A DNA stretch of 45,214 nucleotides, from sequence record SRR16203515_1160, one strand, 5' to 3'. The position numbers and the translations under genes are program-made. Below, one piece after another: positions 40,501 to 45,214 of this stretch. Position 1 is the stretch's first letter; the number at the start of each line of letters is the position of its first letter. Below the pieces are notes generated by a model. The model made no database searches. It was not told where the DNA came from and saw nothing but the letters and a program-made list of their open reading frames with translations.

Positions 40501-41139
40501 GACCGTTACGTCTAGCGATACCGATGAAATACCAGCGTAAAAGCGATAGCAGGCCTCAAAGCGTAAGCTGGCTTGATCTGGCGCACCTTCGAACTCACCA
40601 TACATATTAACTTGTAAACATTTGTGAAGCCCGCTACTAGGATGGCGATAAAACCGATGAGTAAGATGGTTTACTTTCGCCTTCAACTTATCACCAGATA
40701 GTGTTTGTAAAAGCATCTTACTTTCATTCTTTTGACTCTCAGGGATAGGCGCAGCCAGGTAATGCTTGTTTAGCGTAATCTGCTGCTCGCCATTTTTGAT
40801 AGTCAGAAAGTCACTGCATTCTAGCATCTCAATATGGTTTTCATTGAGAGAGCTTTTTTCGCTGAGTTGTGAGGATATCACAAGCGTGTAATCTTCAGTT
40901 TGCCCGCGAGCATCAATTATACCTAGCTCAAGCCACTTAATACTGCCGTCTGGCCAACGGGCAGTAGGATGACAGAAATAATCCTTTGTGTGCGGTGTCA
41001 GTGATAACTGCGATATTGAGCGCAATTTACCCTTTGGGAAGGGGACACCAGCACGCTTAAGCGTTGAACTATGCATGCCGCCAGTAGCACCAGCGAATGA
41101 AAGGGGAATTGATAAAGGAGCGTCCTTGGTGACTTGCAT
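37522..41139 (-). CDS. Fusion of a YetA/PcRGLX(PL26)-like large domain with a C-terminal WalW-like polysaccharide deacetylase
   Basis: N-terminal GVPFPKG...WPDGSIKW, ENFWQNFP, YGWRNFGD, NNQYD and helical-barrel-like repeats. The last ~330 aa carry FSIDTEEEW, EMGAHLHPW, SFRTGRW, ESSV.P and YMHS (CE4/NodB-like). Start is the ATG at 41139 or 41175. Confidence 0.72.
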   Translation of the reverse strand: MQVTKDAPLSIPLSFAGATGGMHSSTLKRAGVPFPKGKLRSISQLSLTPHTKDYFCHPTARWPDGSIKWLELGIIDARGQTEDYTLVISSQLSEKSSLNENHIEMLECSDFLTIKNGEQQITLNKHYLAAPIPESQKNESKMLLQTLSGDKLKAKVNHLTHRFYRHPSSGLHKCLQVNMYGEFEGAPDQASLRFEACYRFYAGISSVSLDVTVHNPAAATHENGIWDLGDVGSYCFKSIELQVATRTLHQVKYSLTPEDGEEKLTSSELSIQQYSSGGENWQSPVHVDKDNRIPLTVKGYKVATESGFLAEGLRCQPAIEINTDESAIAVEIENFWQNFPNALAVKPDEVSLAFFPEQQEMTYELQGGEKKTHSLWFSDSLASLRSCNHVTQLCTSSQWIAQCKVIAHYSDSAIEPRMLALINQCIVGDSTLIQKRELVDEYGWRNFGDIYADHETASYNGDDIFVSHYNNQYDPLYGMLRQYLISGNSKWFTPADELAKHVIDIDIYHTEDDKPEYNGGLFWHTDHYLQAFTSSHRAYSKHQQQGAYMDHAGGGGPGGQHCYTAGLMLHYFLTGNERSKAAVLQLTHWVSNFYEGSNTCLELLIAVKNRKVRGLKDTFNEQYPLDRGTANYINALLDCYELTLDTSYLERAEYVISHTVHSQDDVAARDLGDVENNWFYTVFFQSVARYLFTKEQHGNRDDSFYYARDSLIHYAHWMAENEQLYLTRPEILEYPNDTWTAQDLRKVNVLLLANYYANKQFPSMEEKAFELYHGLIDKLAQSSEKHFARVQALLLQNCGAVEFYNNQSNELDYAPVRECWQPASYQDSTFANASKAVARRLARFSLKRERQWLSHRLSNRASAKKSTVAHKEKKPVLFVFSIDTEEEWSWESGFPERDFELTNIQKIPRLQQLFDEIGIRPTYLIDYAVADDAQSVAMIKPYVDEGACEMGAHLHPWCNPPYFGKTDDKGSHVVNLPESQVEQKLDVLLEKLHQQFHVAPNSFRTGRWGIDEKTLKLLSQRGIKVESSVYPFYRTEYFDCYGSPLLPYWPKYSQPLAPCEQREIYEVPVTVGFNRKNFALANKMHQLLYNTPLRLLRAVGIAWHTRLLRKIYLCPELSKPEDMKTLAKRALENDYPILHMYMHSSCLVDNENSLVAQENAFNAIASSIKEVVKYISSERNVRFCTLNEAAELLQAQQDSSNTLQH

Positions 41140-41433
41140 AGAAATGTATTCTCTTATTATTCGGTAATGAACCACTAATTACGTAAAACTTTTTTATGGT
41201 GTGTATTTCATGTTAACGCAATGCGTGATTAAGGCAATCCATCTCTATTGGTATTCTGAGGAAGTGACACAGGAGTTATCTAATTAATCCAGAATACAGC
41301 TAAAAATTGTCCAAGGCTGGATTTATGTGCTAATTGTTTAAGTTATGCACAGTCGGCGCTGAGAGTAAATTCTCGCTGAGCTTGTGTTTACTAAAAAAAT
41401 ACTAAGCCCGCCAAAATCTTAAAGGATATACCT

Positions 41434-41730
41434 ATGACGAATACGGAAATCAGCCGAATTGTGTTTGATGCCCTCGATATGATTAACCAAGTTCGTGATA
41501 GCGATAGACAAATCCCGCTGCAACAGGATACATCTTTATATGGTCCACAAGGCCAATTAGATTCGATGGATTTGGTTGGGTTGCTTATCGATATTGAAGA
41601 GAGCCTGCAGGATAAAGGCCTCGACATTTCACTTAGCGATGATAGAGCTATGTCTCAGAAAAATAGCCCGTTTCTCACCGTGGCAACGCTAGTCGCCTAT
41701 ATATCGAATGAGATCACTTCCGAGGCATAA
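41434..41730 (+). CDS. Acyl carrier protein
   Basis: Acidic 98-aa protein with G.LDSMDLV phosphopantetheine serine and F.TV..L..YI terminus; AAGGA RBS. Confidence 0.88.
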   Translation: MTNTEISRIVFDALDMINQVRDSDRQIPLQQDTSLYGPQGQLDSMDLVGLLIDIEESLQDKGLDISLSDDRAMSQKNSPFLTVATLVAYISNEITSEA

Positions 41731-41731
41731 T

Positions 41732-42436
41732 ATGTCGATAAATATTGTTATTACTGGTGCCAGCAGAGGGTTGGGGCTTGCCATGGCCAGGCACTTTCTT
41801 TCTTTAGGTCATACTGTTTTTGGCGTGTCGCGCTCGTCAAGCGAGTTAAGTCATCCTAACTATACCCATAGTGAAATCGATGTTTCTGATGCTAATCAGG
41901 TTAAACAGTTTTTTATAGAGCTTAGGCAGAAGATTAAACATCTTGATGTATTAGTTAATAATGCTGGGATCGCCAGTATGAATGCCTTTGCTACTACGCC
42001 TACAGAAACTATTCATAAGATCTTCGAAGTGAACGTACAGGGAACTTCAATATGTTGCCAAAAAGCGTTAAGTCTGCTTAAAAGAAGTCAACATCCACGC
42101 ATCGTTAATTTGACCTCGGTTGCTTTGCCGTTACTTTTAGAAGGAGAGGCGGCATACGCGGCAAGCAAAAGTGCGGTGGAAACACTTACAAAAATATTGG
42201 CGAAAGAATATGGCCACTTTGGTATCACCTGTAATGCAATAGGCCCGTCGCCTATCGCTACCGCGCTAATTCAAAGTGTGCCGAAAGAAAAAATAGACAA
42301 ACTTATCCGCCGTCAGGCTGTGAAGGAAATGGCGCAAGAAGCTGATGTGTTAAATGCGTTGGATTTTTTTATTCAGCCTGAGAGCCGAATGATATCTGGC
42401 CAAGTGCTCTATCTTGGAGGTATAGCGTCATGCTAA
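41732..42436 (+). CDS. SDR, 3-oxoacyl-ACP reductase (FabG)-like
   Basis: TGASRGLG, LVNNAGI, YAASK and ISGQV..LGG. Likely start is the ATG at 41732, 1 nt after the ACP stop. Confidence 0.88.
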   Translation: MSINIVITGASRGLGLAMARHFLSLGHTVFGVSRSSSELSHPNYTHSEIDVSDANQVKQFFIELRQKIKHLDVLVNNAGIASMNAFATTPTETIHKIFEVNVQGTSICCQKALSLLKRSQHPRIVNLTSVALPLLLEGEAAYAASKSAVETLTKILAKEYGHFGITCNAIGPSPIATALIQSVPKEKIDKLIRRQAVKEMAQEADVLNALDFFIQPESRMISGQVLYLGGIASC

Positions 42437-43773
42437 AGCATTTTATAGATATCATGCGTAGCAGCCCAGACCATGAGGCCGTTGTTTCTGATAGTTTATC
42501 AATAACCTACCAACAATTATTGGATGAAATTGATTATTTTGAAGAGTGGCTTCGTGTACATGAAGTGCCAAAAGGTGCAGTGGTATCCTTCGACGGTGAT
42601 TATTCCTCTAGTGCAATTGCGTTATTTTTGGCACTAGCCAACAATACAAATATAGTCGTACCGCTATCAACCGATTCAAAAGCACATTTTGAAGAGTTTC
42701 GTGACATTGCTCAAACAGAATTTGATATCGCGCTGAGTGCTGATGGCGCAGTTTTGCATAGAACGAGCAGAGCTGCAGCTCATGCGCATTATGACACCTT
42801 ACGACAAAGCAATGAGCCTGGATTGGTACTCTTCTCATCAGGGAGCACAGGAAAAAGTAAAGGGATCGTGCAGAACTTAAGTAAATTGATGAACAAATTT
42901 ACGGAGCCACGAAAAGCACTGAGAATGCTTATTTTCTTACAGTTGGATCACATTGGTGGCGTCAATTCTTTATTGTATGCGTTGGCCAATAAAGGAACCG
43001 TTGTAGTAGCAAGAGATCGGTCACCAACCAAGGTGTGCGTTGCCATAGAGCAGTTTAAGGCGCAGGTCCTTCCGACCTCGCCAACCTTTCTGAATCTTCT
43101 GATGATAAGCGGAGTGTATAGCCATCACGATCTATCCAGTTTGCAGTTGATTACTTATGGTACTGAGCCTATGCAAAAGAGTACTTTAAAGCGATTATCA
43201 GAGACCTTCCCACATACCTCGTTTCAGCAAACTTATGGTCTATCAGAGGTAGGAATATTGCGCTCAAAATCACGAGACTCCACATCGCTTTGGGTTAAAG
43301 TGGGAGGAGACGAGTTTGATGTAAAGGTGGTAGAGGGCACATTACGCGTTAGATCTCAGTCGGCCATGTTGGGCTATTTAAACGCGCCGAGTCCGTTTGA
43401 CGACGAAGGGTACATGGATACCGAAGATTTAGTCGAGCAAGATGGAGAGTGGATACGTATTCTTGGCCGTAAAAGTGAAATTATTAATGTGGGTGGTGCG
43501 AAAGTGTTTCCTGCTGAAGTTGAAAGTACATTGCTCGAAATGCCTGAAATAGAAGATGTTGTGGTTTATGGTATGCCGCACCCGATGACGGGTAAGATCA
43601 TTACGGCAAAAATTAAACCAAGGTCGGTTACGACGCCACGTGAAATGAAATTAAAAATGCGTCAGCATTGCGCGGACAAACTCGCCAGTTACAAAATTCC
43701 AAGCAAAATCATAATAACCGAAGACACAACTTACAATGAGCGCTTCAAAAGGATGAGGCGCGAGGTAAAATAA
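42430..43773 (+). CDS. ANL-superfamily adenylate-forming enzyme (acyl-CoA/acyl-ACP ligase)
   Basis: FSSGSTGKSKG P-loop, TYGLSE, GRKSEIINVGG.KVFPAEVE and L..YKIP. Confidence 0.92.
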   Translation: MLKHFIDIMRSSPDHEAVVSDSLSITYQQLLDEIDYFEEWLRVHEVPKGAVVSFDGDYSSSAIALFLALANNTNIVVPLSTDSKAHFEEFRDIAQTEFDIALSADGAVLHRTSRAAAHAHYDTLRQSNEPGLVLFSSGSTGKSKGIVQNLSKLMNKFTEPRKALRMLIFLQLDHIGGVNSLLYALANKGTVVVARDRSPTKVCVAIEQFKAQVLPTSPTFLNLLMISGVYSHHDLSSLQLITYGTEPMQKSTLKRLSETFPHTSFQQTYGLSEVGILRSKSRDSTSLWVKVGGDEFDVKVVEGTLRVRSQSAMLGYLNAPSPFDDEGYMDTEDLVEQDGEWIRILGRKSEIINVGGAKVFPAEVESTLLEMPEIEDVVVYGMPHPMTGKIITAKIKPRSVTTPREMKLKMRQHCADKLASYKIPSKIIITEDTTYNERFKRMRREVK

Positions 43774-44426
43774 TGACTACCATGACCCATACTCATAAAC
43801 CCCTAACTGGCAGGCAAGTACTCAAATGGGGGCTGCTTTTTGTTAGTCAGTTGGTTATGTCTCCGCTTATCATCATCTGTAAACTTGAAGAGTGGCTAAC
43901 AAACGGAAGATCTGAGTCTATATTCGGCATGTGTACGCATGTTGTGGCGATGCTGCCTGGAATGCCTGGCGCTTTTCTACGAAAAGGATTTTACACCCTC
44001 ACTCTGGATTTTTGCTCACCGGATTGTCACATTGGCTTTGGCAGTTTGTTTTCTCACCGTAGTGTGAGGGTAGAGCGTTATGTTTATATCGGGATGTATA
44101 CCATTATCGGCTCAGCCTCTATTGGGGCGCATAGTTTAATTGGAAGTCGAAGTAGTATCATAAGCCGCAATGCCCTTCATGAAATGGGTGAAGATGGGCA
44201 TTGGACATCCTACAATACGGACAGCGTTAGCCAGACATCAATTGGTGAAAACGTATGGGTTGGTGAAGGTTGTACTATAGCGGCAAATATAGGTCATAGG
44301 AGTCAAATAGGCTCGGGGTCAGTAGTATCGAGTGACATTAAATCAGGCATTTTAGCGAGCGGTAATCCCCCGCGCTTTATTAAGAAAATAGAAGTTCCCG
44401 TGAAAAATCGTACGGAGACTGTTTAA
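43773..44426 (+). CDS. Hexapeptide-repeat (left-handed beta-helix) O-acyltransferase
   Basis: IG-repeats (VYIGMYTIIG, SIGAHSLIG, IGENVWVG, IGSGSVV) and GNPPRFIK terminus. Confidence 0.85.
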   Translation: MTTMTHTHKPLTGRQVLKWGLLFVSQLVMSPLIIICKLEEWLTNGRSESIFGMCTHVVAMLPGMPGAFLRKGFYTLTLDFCSPDCHIGFGSLFSHRSVRVERYVYIGMYTIIGSASIGAHSLIGSRSSIISRNALHEMGEDGHWTSYNTDSVSQTSIGENVWVGEGCTIAANIGHRSQIGSGSVVSSDIKSGILASGNPPRFIKKIEVPVKNRTETV

Positions 44427-44427
44427 A

Positions 44428-45214
44428 ATGTCCCTATCGATTAACTCGCGACAAAATTTTATCGATTGGATGAAAGCAATAGGGATGTTTCTGATTGTCG
44501 CAGGCCATGTGATTGGCGACCCCTATTCAGCGTTTAATCAAATTGCTCAGCCAGCTTACACCAAGCAATTAGGCGTAGCTTTTTTCGTTTTCATTACAGG
44601 GTGGGGATTAGCGAATACTAAAAATGGTTCACTCTATACGCTATATAGTCGTCTATTTTTACTTTATTTCTACGGAGTGATATTTGCCTTTTTGTTTATG
44701 ATAATTGGCTTTTTTTTTGGCCCTACACTTCAGCTAAGTAACTTCTTTCCCTTTGTTCTTGGTATAAATGTCGTATTTAATAACTTTCCTGCGAACCCTA
44801 CCACATGGTATATCGGCACTTATTTACACCTCCTTTTAGTTTGGTTTTTCTGGTTGCGGCATTATCCCGTTACCCATAAAACATTATTAATTGGGTTTAT
44901 TTTTGAGAATGTTATCCGTATTGCGTTATTGCTATCAGGAAAGCTTTACATTGCTTATATGTTGTTCCCTAGTTGGATAACCATCTTCTTGCTTGGCCAT
45001 TATCTCCATCAGAAAAAAGACGATTTCGCTTTCAAACGGGCCATAGGGTTATTTTTAACATGGTTGCTCGTTGCTTTAGCTTGGAGTGAGTTGATGCAAC
45101 ATATTGTGGTGGGGAAGAAACTTCCTTTCCGTTCCCTATTAACAGGTGAAACATGGACGCTACCACTCCAATCATTTTTTATCTCCTGTGTTTATATCGT
45201 CAGTACCTTACTTG
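44428..45214 (+). CDS. Membrane-bound acyltransferase family 3 (AT3), 3'-truncated by the window; missing from the ORF track
   Basis: ATG at 44428 opens MSLSINSRQNFIDWMKAIGMFLIVAGH...GVAFFVFITGW...TWYI, i.e. the R...D..K.......H, V..FF..(S/T)G and W-Y motifs of AT3. No stop was seen in the part I translated. Confidence 0.85.
   Translation, partial: MSLSINSRQNFIDWMKAIGMFLIVAGHVIGDPYSAFNQIAQPAYTKQLGVAFFVFITGWGLANTKNGSLYTLYSRLFLLYFYGVIFAFLFMIIGFFFGPTLQLSNFFPFVLGINVVFNNFPANPTTWYIGTYLHLLLVWFFWLRHYPVTHKTLLIGFIFENVIRIALLLSGKLYIAYMLFPSWITIFLLGHYLHQKKDDFAFKRAIGLFLTWLLVALAWSELMQHIVVGKKLPFRSLLTGETWTLPLQSFFISCVYIVSTLL

Noticed and set aside
43420-43428. TED instead of TGD in the ANL ligase as an inactivating change
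   Set aside because: The catalytically important Asp is retained and the preceding position varies among ANL subfamilies; all other motifs are intact.

Overview
This is a chromosomal window from a marine gammaproteobacterium, most likely Alteromonas/Alteromonadaceae (inferred from gene content: PEP-CTERM protein, TonB receptor, VPS10-like propeller, czc). It holds about 30 protein-coding genes. I found no rRNA, tRNA, CRISPR array, integrase or transposase. In order, it contains: a truncated MDR oxidoreductase; a yaeQ-hypothetical-iodotyrosine-deiodinase-like run; a PAS-GGDEF cyclase; a KAP-family P-loop NTPase with an N-terminal EVE/PUA-like domain; a secreted S8 protease; YihY; a VPS10/BNR propeller protein; a TonB receptor; a PepSY-TM protein; an MCP; LysE; a sigma54-type pfpI-SDR pair; a cold-shock protein plus RNase R paralogue; a PEP-CTERM gene with a sigma54/IHF/enhancer-like promoter; a CheB-CheR-heme-PAS-GGDEF-EAL protein; a MerR regulator with czcCBA; and the edge of a polysaccharide-modification locus (YetA/PL26-like-deacetylase fusion divergent from ACP, ketoreductase, acyl-AMP ligase and two acyltransferases). 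The best candidate for an undescribed system is the EVE-like-KAP NTPase fusion, a possible single-gene, modified-nucleic-acid-sensing, membrane-anchored antiphage system. Next are the polysaccharide deacetylate/re-acylate cassette and a natural 'S77C' CueR-type regulator on a CueR-box operator driving a CzcCBA pump. All domain calls come from reading motifs by eye, not from database searches.
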